A stretch of 20,000 nt of DNA from an uncultured virus (IMG/VR IMGVR_UViG_3300033066_000417) (Duplodnaviria; Heunggongvirae; Uroviricota; Caudoviricetes): the IMG/VR virus record IMGVR_UViG_3300033066_000417; one strand, 5' to 3'. Every line of letters begins with the position of its first letter. Within the stretch, counting starts at the first letter, position 1. Shown piece after piece: positions 8,589 through 15,956 of this stretch. A model generated the notes under the pieces. The model was given only the letters and a program-made list of their open reading frames with translations. It did not search any database and had not been told where the DNA came from. A program made the translations under genes and the position numbers.

Positions 8589-8617
8589 CAAGATTTAAAA
8601 AATTAAATTTAAATTAT

Positions 8618-8908
8618 ATGGAAACAAAAATAGTATTTCAAACTAATATAGATAGGTATAAAGGTAAATTTTATACACGTTCTTTTTTGAATAGTAATGT
8701 TGTAATACCAAGAGTAGGAGACATGATAAAACTATCATACAAAGATGGAAGAAAGGAATTTACAGAAAAAGGATACCCTGACTCTTTGGAGGTGGTAAAA
8801 GTAACTTATGATTATGACGTAGAAATAATAGTAATAACTATTGAGTTACATTACAGTAGTATGGATTTAAAATTAATGAAAGCAAGCGAAACACATCCGT
8901 ATAAATAA
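8618..8908 (+). CDS. Hypothetical phage protein
   Basis: 96-aa ORF with 'IPRVGDMI...LEVVKVTY' small beta-barrel-like pattern. Confidence 0.8.
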   Translation: METKIVFQTNIDRYKGKFYTRSFLNSNVVIPRVGDMIKLSYKDGRKEFTEKGYPDSLEVVKVTYDYDVEIIVITIELHYSSMDLKLMKASETHPYK

Positions 8909-8929
8909 AAATTAAATTAAAAAACAAAA

Positions 8930-9100
8930 ATGGATATAATAACAATTATTTTTTACTGCTGTGCAGGCATGTTTAGTTTGTATTTTTTAGTAGCAAAAGT
9001 TACTCCGTTAACTGTAGCTTTGCTGTTTAAAGGGGCATCAATATTCTCACTGGTTTATATAGTAGTTCAGATTCTCAAAGCAACAGGATATATAAATTAA
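8930..9100 (+). CDS. Small membrane protein (56 aa, two hydrophobic segments; not in the ORF track)
   Basis: MDIITIIFYCCAGMFSLYFLVAKVTPLTVALLFKGASIFSLVYIVVQILKATGYIN; A-rich leader; abuts the next ATG. Confidence 0.7.
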   Translation: MDIITIIFYCCAGMFSLYFLVAKVTPLTVALLFKGASIFSLVYIVVQILKATGYIN

Positions 9101-9101
9101 A

Positions 9102-9305
9102 ATGAAAAACGAAGAAAAAGAATTATGTTCCAGATGCCACAAAGATATGAATAAGGGCTCCAATGAAGGTGGCTGTGTATGTTGCAGAGAGCACTCAAAT
9201 CAAATTATGGTGCCTGTAGAACGGGCTCCAGACCCAGATAATGATTATGACAATGAAGAGATTGAATTGTATGATGTAACAAGAGATGAGGTAAGCAGGT
9301 ACTAA
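9102..9305 (+). CDS. Small Cys-rich (putative Zn-binding) protein with acidic tail
   Basis: CSRC...CVCC followed by an acidic C-terminus; TAATG overlap with the next gene. Confidence 0.65.
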   Translation: MKNEEKELCSRCHKDMNKGSNEGGCVCCREHSNQIMVPVERAPDPDNDYDNEEIELYDVTRDEVSRY

Positions 9306-9661
9306 TGACTAGACAAAACTTAATACACCTTATTCAAAAAGAATGCTTAACAGCATGGCATGAGTTTTATGAGGCAGATGCTAAAAACACGCCTGCTGAG
9401 AAAAACTTTAATCTTTATAATATTCGTGACTTTTACGATTACTTTGACAAACTTGGAATCTTTATAGTTATAGACTCATATGAGTATGAAATTAAAAAAT
9501 TGGAGTGTAGAAAATTTGAAGGTTGGTTACTGTTTGACGGGGACATGGGACTTAAAAATATTCGTCTTGAGCCTGCTTTCAATTCCAGAGTAGAAGCTGA
9601 ATTGAATGCGTTTTATGAAGCGTTTAAAATAAGAGAAGGACAGTTAGAAGGTAAAAAATGA
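9305..9661 (+). CDS. Hypothetical phage protein
   Basis: 118-aa ORF, translationally coupled; C-terminal 'SR.EAE..AF..AF.I.E' helix. Confidence 0.75.
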   Translation: MTRQNLIHLIQKECLTAWHEFYEADAKNTPAEKNFNLYNIRDFYDYFDKLGIFIVIDSYEYEIKKLECRKFEGWLLFDGDMGLKNIRLEPAFNSRVEAELNAFYEAFKIREGQLEGKK

Positions 9662-9735
9662 ATTCACAAGAATTGCAACTGCTAGCAGTATTTAAAGCTG
9701 ATAATAAGGAACTATTAGAAGCAATAGAGGATTAA
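9658..9735 (+). CDS. Possible 25-aa peptide
   Basis: MNSQELQLLAVFKADNKELLEAIED; ATGA overlap with the previous stop; fills the gap before GTG 9740. Confidence 0.4.
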   Translation: MNSQELQLLAVFKADNKELLEAIED

Positions 9736-9739
9736 TAAA

Positions 9740-10420
9740 GTGAAACAACAACTTCCATTTGCATTTATAGTTGTAAAAGTATTAGGGGCTCCTATTGATG
9801 AAGAGCTTATGACTGACACACAGCAAGCAGAGTTTAACAGGATGTTTGCCAAATCAGAAACTACTGAGACCCAGTACAAAGCTAGGAATTTTGGGTTCTC
9901 TGATATTGATAAAATATTTTTACAAACGTTCAGGGTAGCTGAACTAACTGAAGAAACTCAAACAGTAGAAGGAAGACCTATACACAATTGTGGAGATTTT
10001 TCTTTAGTAGAGTTTGAAAGTTCAGTGTTAAACTGGCAGGATTTTGTAACACGTTTAGCTGGAATACAGGAATCAGGAAAATCAATTTGCTGGGTAACCT
10101 ACAACGGTCTTATCTATGACCTTCCTAGAATCAATTATGAAATCATCCGTACAGGAGCTGATGTTAATCTTATTCCAACACCACGTTATTCACTAGCATT
10201 TGTTTTTGATATCATGCAGTGGGTGCACTGTTGGAATATAAGTAATGGGCTGTTGATAACCTGCGAAGCTTTTGGGATTCCTACAAATATAAAGTATACC
10301 GATAAAGATTATATTGAAAAAGTATATGCTGGCAAAGTAAACAAAGATGAGTTCATGTTGGCACAAGGAAGTTATATTTCAAAATTGCTACTTAAAACAG
10401 TGAGGTATTATTTTCAATGA
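9740..10420 (+). CDS. Degenerate PolB-type 3'-5' exonuclease homologue (likely inactive)
   Basis: Retains ExoII-like VTYNGLIYDLP, RYS...DIM and L...CEAFGIP, but lacks the ExoI DxE and ExoIII YxxxD acidic residues. Confidence 0.65.
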   Translation: MKQQLPFAFIVVKVLGAPIDEELMTDTQQAEFNRMFAKSETTETQYKARNFGFSDIDKIFLQTFRVAELTEETQTVEGRPIHNCGDFSLVEFESSVLNWQDFVTRLAGIQESGKSICWVTYNGLIYDLPRINYEIIRTGADVNLIPTPRYSLAFVFDIMQWVHCWNISNGLLITCEAFGIPTNIKYTDKDYIEKVYAGKVNKDEFMLAQGSYISKLLLKTVRYYFQ

Positions 10421-10695
10421 GTAATGAACTAAAGATAGAAATACTTAAAAAAATGAAGGTTATCCTTCAACGTGAGGTTTGTACTGGGTTTTGTAAAGCG
10501 TATGAAATAGCCACAGGAATAACAGGTGAAAATACCATGATTATAGTGTCAGAGGATATTGAAAAATCACTTAATGAGTTAGGACTGTATAGACCATATG
10601 ATAATCTATTTTCTTGTTTTTGGTACCGTACATATGATTTACAAATTCGTCTTGATAAGATTGATGAAGCAATTGCAAAATGGGAAAATGAATAA
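10417..10695 (+). CDS. Hypothetical phage protein
   Basis: 92-aa ORF with ATGA overlap; 'GFC.A...FW.....R...D.AI' pattern. Confidence 0.75.
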   Translation: MSNELKIEILKKMKVILQREVCTGFCKAYEIATGITGENTMIIVSEDIEKSLNELGLYRPYDNLFSCFWYRTYDLQIRLDKIDEAIAKWENE

Positions 10696-10933
10696 ATTTA
10701 CATTCACAGGATACGTAGCTCGACAGCCAGTAGTGGAAAAGATTTTAAAAGAATTCCCAGATAAGAAAGGTGTAATATACCTAACAAGACACTATGAAGG
10801 AGACAGGCATCCAGAAAATGTTAATGATTATGGCTTAGTAGTAGAAGAGCACCATGATTATATTTTGTTGCCTCCTGACAGCTTCCCAGATTTGAAAAAG
10901 TACAGAAAATGTAAAGTAACCGTGGAGTATTAA
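10688..10933 (+). CDS. Hypothetical phage protein (likely start MNKFTF at 10688, not 10598)
   Basis: The in-frame ATG at 10688 overlaps the previous stop by 8 nt and avoids a long overlap. Confidence 0.7.
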   Translation: MNKFTFTGYVARQPVVEKILKEFPDKKGVIYLTRHYEGDRHPENVNDYGLVVEEHHDYILLPPDSFPDLKKYRKCKVTVEY

Positions 10934-10951
10934 GGGTACCAGATTTTTACC

Positions 10952-10982
10952 TTGTTTTTTGATTTTATTTCTCTTATACTTG
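10952..10982 (+). promoter_or_regulatory. Promoter TTG-N20-TATACTTG
   Basis: TACCTTGTTTTTT with TTG at 10952-10954, TATACTTG at 10975-10982, and AAGGGAGA before ATG 11007. Confidence 0.8.
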
Positions 10983-11006
10983 TATTACAATAAAGGGAGA
11001 AATTAA

Positions 11007-11315
11007 ATGAACTGGTTAGAGATAAAAAAAGATGTACTGAAAGCTATACCAGCAGATGCTCCGAAAGAGTGGGTCAAAGCAGTTCTCTACATAGAGCGTA
11101 AACTTAACTCTGCTTTAAACGCTCTTAATGTTCATGGAGCATCATGGCAACGTGCAGTTGAGATGTGTGACCCTCTTTACAGCAAACTAGAGTTTGTAGG
11201 GAATCCAGAGTATCAGAACTATGGAGAAGTAAGTCCGAACTTTATATACTGGGAGCAGTACTGTAAAAACAGAGGTACTGGAGTAAGCTGGAATATAGGA
11301 GATGCGTTATGTTAA
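11007..11315 (+). CDS. Hypothetical phage protein
   Basis: 102-aa ORF directly downstream of a promoter and SD-like site. Confidence 0.8.
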   Translation: MNWLEIKKDVLKAIPADAPKEWVKAVLYIERKLNSALNALNVHGASWQRAVEMCDPLYSKLEFVGNPEYQNYGEVSPNFIYWEQYCKNRGTGVSWNIGDALC

Positions 11316-11329
11316 ATAAAAATAAATAA

Positions 11330-11629
11330 ATGGTAGCATATAAATTATTTAGAGTTTTAAAAGACGGTAGTATTACATCCCTCTTTATAAATAAGAAGGA
11401 GAAGCTGGAATTTAATAGATGGCTGACCGCTAAAAGCTACCCAACAAAAGGGTACAAGGAAAGACCTTTCTGGCATTGTACTTCTAACCCAGTAGCTCCA
11501 CACTTGTCAATGAAGAATAGAGTCTGGTGCAAAGTGGAGATGAAAAAGTTTACAGAGTTTAAACGTCCCAACGCTCAGGGAGGATTATGGTATCTGGCAG
11601 GTAAAATTAAGATTCTGGAAAGGGTATAA
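11330..11629 (+). CDS. Hypothetical basic phage protein
   Basis: 99-aa Trp-rich ORF (AYKLFR..KDG...LFIN...RP.WH...APHL...QGG.WYLA). Confidence 0.8.
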   Translation: MVAYKLFRVLKDGSITSLFINKKEKLEFNRWLTAKSYPTKGYKERPFWHCTSNPVAPHLSMKNRVWCKVEMKKFTEFKRPNAQGGLWYLAGKIKILERV

Positions 11630-11638
11630 ATAAATACC

Positions 11639-11669
11639 TTGTTTTTAAAAATTATTATATATAACTTTG
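11639..11669 (+). promoter_or_regulatory. Bacteroidota-type promoter (TTG-N20-TAACTTTG), probably driving a leaderless mRNA
   Basis: TACCTTGTTTTT with TTG at 11639-11641 and TAACTTTG at 11662-11669; ATG follows at 11674. Confidence 0.75.
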
Positions 11670-11673
11670 TATA

Positions 11674-11859
11674 ATGAAAAAAACAGTTAAGGTAATAATC
11701 GAATCTCAAAATAGCTATGGGGAAGCAAAAATAAGTATTGATGATGTTTGGTACGAATACAAATTCCCATCGGGAGAGACCTTAAACTGGCTGAGAAAAA
11801 AATTCAGAAATAACGGAAAATTTTTAAATCAAATAAAAGGATATCAATGCACGAATTAG
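11674..11859 (+). CDS. Small hypothetical protein
   Basis: 61-aa ORF ending in G.FLNQ.IKG.Y, loosely KTSC-like. Confidence 0.65.
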   Translation: MKKTVKVIIESQNSYGEAKISIDDVWYEYKFPSGETLNWLRKKFRNNGKFLNQIKGYQCTN

Positions 11860-12317
11860 TAACAGTTCCAGATGATAGGTTAACTACAGTGTGCACTCCT
11901 GTAAACATACAGGAAGACGTGTATATCGAAATGTTCTGTAAAGAACTAATAGACTACATAGAGTCCAATAAAAACTGTGCAGGACTAGGAGCTAATCAGC
12001 TTGGTGAAACTATCCGAGTGTTTGGAGTAAAGCATAAGGGAAAAGCAGAGATTTTCATAAACCCAGAAGTAACACTTTCTGGTGAAGTTATTGACTCATA
12101 TGAGAGCTGTCTCTCAATACCGAATGAGCAGTATATGATGAAGCGTAATACAAAAGTAACTGTAAAGTATACTACCTATAAGAATGGAAGATTCTTCCCT
12201 ACACAGGGAATGTTCAGTCTGGGGAAGGGTGACAATCGTGCTATAATAATTCAGCATGAAAATGACCACATAAATGGAATTTTAATTTCATCTGGAGAAA
12301 GGATTGAAAGGAACTAA
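11847..12317 (+). CDS. def: Peptide deformylase
   Basis: The three PDF motifs are present: AGLGANQLG, ESCLSIP, QHENDHING. Confidence 0.93.
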   Translation: MHELVTVPDDRLTTVCTPVNIQEDVYIEMFCKELIDYIESNKNCAGLGANQLGETIRVFGVKHKGKAEIFINPEVTLSGEVIDSYESCLSIPNEQYMMKRNTKVTVKYTTYKNGRFFPTQGMFSLGKGDNRAIIIQHENDHINGILISSGERIERN

Positions 12318-12511
12318 TGGAATATACCACACCAAAAGAAATGAGTTATGCTGAGGAAGCTGTAGAAAAACTTTCCGAAGCTACTAGATTGACTGAACAG
12401 GAAATAGTTCAAGTCATGGCAAACGGTTTTGATACGATGTTTAGTGGAGTCGTACCTGATGCCTTATTAGAGTTAATTGATGAGCTTCGTGCAACATTTA
12501 ATGCATACTAA
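12317..12511 (+). CDS. Small acidic hypothetical protein
   Basis: 64-aa ORF with TAATG coupling to def. Confidence 0.7.
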   Translation: MEYTTPKEMSYAEEAVEKLSEATRLTEQEIVQVMANGFDTMFSGVVPDALLELIDELRATFNAY

Positions 12512-12551
12512 GTAAAAATTATTTTTAAACAAAATTAACTATTAAAAAAAA

Positions 12552-12914
12552 ATGAAAACAGTAATATGGGTTTTATTCAGTATCGTTGTTATAGTGTTAC
12601 TATTTGCAATAGGTAAAGGTTGTAAGCATGCCAGTGAGCAGGTTGACAATGCTATTGTAAATTACGAAGACTTTCAGACTATTTACAATTCTTGTCAGAA
12701 GGTAAACACAGACTTATGTAACATGAAGAATCTTCCTGAAAAAGATAAAATGTTTGAACAGTTCAGCAAGGCTCAGCGTGTGAATGCTTTACAGACAAAG
12801 CTAAATCAGCTTGTTGAAGAATATAACGGTAAATCAAAAATGTTTAACCGAAGTATCTGGAAATCAAAGGATTTGCCATATCAACTTGATGTAAACCAAT
12901 TCAGTTGTTATTAA
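12552..12914 (+). CDS. Membrane-anchored helical protein
   Basis: N-terminal hydrophobic helix (VIWVLFSIVVIVLLFAIG), a coiled coil, and 'EYN.KS.M.N...W...LP'. Confidence 0.8.
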   Translation: MKTVIWVLFSIVVIVLLFAIGKGCKHASEQVDNAIVNYEDFQTIYNSCQKVNTDLCNMKNLPEKDKMFEQFSKAQRVNALQTKLNQLVEEYNGKSKMFNRSIWKSKDLPYQLDVNQFSCY

Positions 12915-12935
12915 TAAATTAAACTATAAAAAAAA

Positions 12936-13498
12936 ATGAAAAAATTATTCTTAGTATTACCAATATTGTTTTTGTTTTTGCTAGGTTGCGATAACAGGTC
13001 AAGAAATAATGAGTCAGCATTTGATGAACAGATGCATATTGAAAAGAATCAGAAAAACCTTAACAAAGTACAACCTTCTCCTACAATCACATGGAGTATG
13101 GAGCGTGAGTTATTAAAAGGTTTAAAATGATGAATGACCGTTCTATATTCTTTTATATGTATGTATTTATAGAAGGTGTGGCAGACCCTATTGGTTATTA
13201 TCAGGTCAATAAAGTAAGCTCAGTTAACTCTCAATTAACAGCAACTCAACAAATAGTTCAGCCTGACCTCAATTATCATGAGACACAAGTAATAGAGTCT
13301 CCAGCCGAAGACGGTTCTTATGGTTCAAACGGTGATGGGGTGTTTGGATTTACACCTGAAGATATTTACATTGAGCACAATATGAAGTATATTGTATCAA
13401 GCGTACCTTTAACTTTCACTAAGCCTGTTAACAGACTAGTTGTTATATCTGTTAAAGATGAGCAGGATTTAAAAACATTAATGAATAAATTAAAATGA
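12936..13498 (+). pseudogene. Lipoprotein gene split across two frames (12936-13130 and 13127-13498): frameshift mutation or -1 ribosomal frameshift
   Basis: The first ORF has a signal peptide with lipobox LLGC. The -1 frame reads IKRFKMMNDR across the junction. The heptamer T TTA AAA (13121-13127) immediately precedes TGA. Confidence 0.6.
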
Positions 13499-13812
13499 AA
13501 GTATTAATAAGACATTTAACAAAATTACCATATAAGGCTACATTAACTGGTGTAATTGTTCGAGAAGGTGTACTTGATATTGGAATATCTTTATGTACAC
13601 CAGAAGACAATTTCTCCAGAGCAGAAGGTAGAAAAAAATCTGGTGAGAGGGCTTATACTAACCCTACTGCAAACTTTGCTGTAAAAACTGAAGCAGAAGC
13701 TAAGATTTTATTTCACAGTTTTGCCAATATTTTACAACACAATTTAGCTTTTAAGTGGGGCATTGATACAGTAAAGAGAAATATAGAATTAGCCATACCA
13801 AAAATTAAATGA
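13495..13812 (+). CDS. Hypothetical phage protein
   Basis: 105-aa ORF with 'G.S.C.PEDNF.R..GR..S..RA' motif. Confidence 0.8.
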   Translation: MKVLIRHLTKLPYKATLTGVIVREGVLDIGISLCTPEDNFSRAEGRKKSGERAYTNPTANFAVKTEAEAKILFHSFANILQHNLAFKWGIDTVKRNIELAIPKIK

Positions 13813-14531
13813 TAAATTCACTGCATCAGGAAAACTTTGAAAAGGTACTGTTTCTAGATATAGAGACAGTACCTGAAGTTGATTGTTTTTATGCCCTGCC
13901 TCGCAGAAAGCAGGAGCTTTGGATAAAAAAAGTAAAACGTGTTGACGGGTCTGTAGATAAGCCTATGACTGATGAAGATTGTGCTGATTTGTTTGATGCA
14001 TCAGGAGGACTTCATGCTGAGTTCGGAAAGATAGTGTGTATAACAATTGGTTATTTTGTAAAAGATGAATTCAATCTTAGAAGTTTTTATAATACTGATG
14101 AGAAAGCTCTTTTAACAGAATTTGTAATGACCATTAAAAACTTTCCATGGTTTACTCCTTGTGGTCATAATGCTAAAGAGTTTGACTTTCCTTGGTTGAA
14201 CAGAAGACTTTTGATAAATGATGTTCCTACCCCCAGCATACTTGATTTTACAGGTAAGAAGCCATGGGATGTAAAGATACTGGACACAAAAGAAATATGG
14301 AAGTTTGGACAGTACAAAGGAGCATGTTCACTAGATTTACTTGCTGAGCTGTTCGGTATAGAATCTCCAAAAGATGACATTGCTGGAAAAGATGTATACA
14401 CTACTTACTATCAGGATAAGGACTTACACAGGATAAAAGTATATTGTGAGAAGGATGTTGTTACTTTGGCAAAGATACTTTGTAAGTGGGCTGGAAAGTC
14501 TATTAATTTTGGAATAAATAATTTAAATTAA
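13809..14531 (+). CDS. 3'-5' exonuclease, PolB exonuclease-like (DnaQ/DEDDy superfamily)
   Basis: ExoI LDIET, HAEFGKIVCI, ExoII GHNAKEFDFP, KKPW, SLDLLA..FGI.SPK and ExoIII YCEKD. Confidence 0.92.
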   Translation: MINSLHQENFEKVLFLDIETVPEVDCFYALPRRKQELWIKKVKRVDGSVDKPMTDEDCADLFDASGGLHAEFGKIVCITIGYFVKDEFNLRSFYNTDEKALLTEFVMTIKNFPWFTPCGHNAKEFDFPWLNRRLLINDVPTPSILDFTGKKPWDVKILDTKEIWKFGQYKGACSLDLLAELFGIESPKDDIAGKDVYTTYYQDKDLHRIKVYCEKDVVTLAKILCKWAGKSINFGINNLN

Positions 14532-14532
14532 T

Positions 14533-15327
14533 TTGAAAATACTTCACATTGCAGACGAGCATGCAAACTGTAACTTTGTAGATTACCTTAAATCTCTCAC
14601 CCAGATAAAAGAGTACATAACTAAAAATCCAGTAGACCTGATTGTGTCTGCTGGAGATTTATTTGATAGCAGAGACTTCTTAGATGCAACCTCTACCCAG
14701 ATACTTTTATCTTTTGCTGAGCTTTCTAATTATGCTCCTATCTTTATGGTTTACGGAACACCCAGCCATGACCACTGGGGCAGTCTTGACCTTTTACCAA
14801 AACTGGCTGGAAAGTATCCTATAAAAGTAATAGATAAAGTTGATAATACTTTCTACAGGTTTGATTGTGGTAATTTTGATAGTATATCTATGGAGACTTT
14901 AGATGCACTACCTTCAGAAGAGGAACAACAAAAAAGAGGCTCCTGTTACTTATTCGGAGTACCTTGGTTGATGCGGTCAAGAGTGCTAGACCAAGAAGAG
15001 TTAAAGCTTTCTATTAAACAACAGGAAGAGCTATTCATGAGTAAGATGCAGAACTGGGTGAAGTTCCATGAGGAACTAAAGTTTAAAGCCAAATTACCAG
15101 TTATAATGGTAGCTCATCTCCAGTTGAAAGATGCTGTGTTCTCTAAAGGTCAGGATATCTCTTCTGAGTACCACGATGCTGAATGGTTCTACAATACTTG
15201 TGATTATGGTGCTCTTGGGCACATTCATTCAGCTCAGAATTTTAAAAACCTGTACTATGCAGGAAGTATCTATAATAAAACGTTTGGAGAGATGGAACGT
15301 AAATATTTTAACATTATAGAATGGTAA
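14533..15327 (+). CDS. sbcD: SbcD/Mre11-like nuclease, N-terminal catalytic part
   Basis: MKILHIADEH, AGDLFD, GTPSHD, VAH, ALGHIH and YAGS...FGE; TTG start; the SbcC partner lies downstream. Confidence 0.88.
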   Translation: MKILHIADEHANCNFVDYLKSLTQIKEYITKNPVDLIVSAGDLFDSRDFLDATSTQILLSFAELSNYAPIFMVYGTPSHDHWGSLDLLPKLAGKYPIKVIDKVDNTFYRFDCGNFDSISMETLDALPSEEEQQKRGSCYLFGVPWLMRSRVLDQEELKLSIKQQEELFMSKMQNWVKFHEELKFKAKLPVIMVAHLQLKDAVFSKGQDISSEYHDAEWFYNTCDYGALGHIHSAQNFKNLYYAGSIYNKTFGEMERKYFNIIEW

Positions 15328-15956
15328 AAACCAAAATTTGTTCTAAATGCAAAAAACGTAAGAAGGCTAAATATTTTGATAGAAGACCCTCAAGACCCTG
15401 TGGTTTAACAAGTAAATGTAAAAAATGTCAATTAGATAGTAATAGAAGTAATGTTAAATTAAAAAAATATAGAAAAGAGTATTACCAAAAAAACAAACAA
15501 CTTATAAGTAGAAAAGCTAGTTTAAAATATATAAAAGAAAAAAAGCAAAGAAAGGTACTAGCACATAAATACTACTTAAAAAATAAGAGTAAAATTTTAG
15601 CACATCAAAAAAAGTACCAACGTAAAAACAAAGCTAAAATAAAGGAACAAAGTAAACGGTACAGAAAAACAGAAAAAGGCAGAGCCGTTGAATTAAATAA
15701 TGAACATAGAAGAAATTCACAATGCAAAATAACAAATATAACCGCCACTTGGTTAAAAAACTTAAAAATAAGTTCAAAATTTTGCCCACTCTGTAATAGA
15801 AAAATGGTAAACAAGGGTAACAGAAGCAATAAAAAGCATCTTGACCATATAAAACCTTTATGCTGTGGAGGACAGCATGTAAAAAAGAACGTAAGATTTG
15901 TTTGTATGAAGTGCAATTTAACTAGACCTAAAAATGGAAGTGATATCGAAATTTAA
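15321..15956 (+). CDS. HNH homing endonuclease inserted within sbcD
   Basis: N-terminal CSKC...CKKC Zn ribbon, a Lys/Arg-rich helix, and C-terminal CPLC...HLDHIKPL..GG.H...N....C..CN; markedly more A-rich than its flanks. Confidence 0.9.
   Translation: MVKTKICSKCKKRKKAKYFDRRPSRPCGLTSKCKKCQLDSNRSNVKLKKYRKEYYQKNKQLISRKASLKYIKEKKQRKVLAHKYYLKNKSKILAHQKKYQRKNKAKIKEQSKRYRKTEKGRAVELNNEHRRNSQCKITNITATWLKNLKISSKFCPLCNRKMVNKGNRSNKKHLDHIKPLCCGGQHVKKNVRFVCMKCNLTRPKNGSDIEI

Noticed and set aside
15321..15956. Group I intron or intein carrying the HNH
   Set aside because: The HNH ORF overlaps both sbcD halves, leaving no non-coding ribozyme sequence. It is out of frame and lacks intein terminal motifs.
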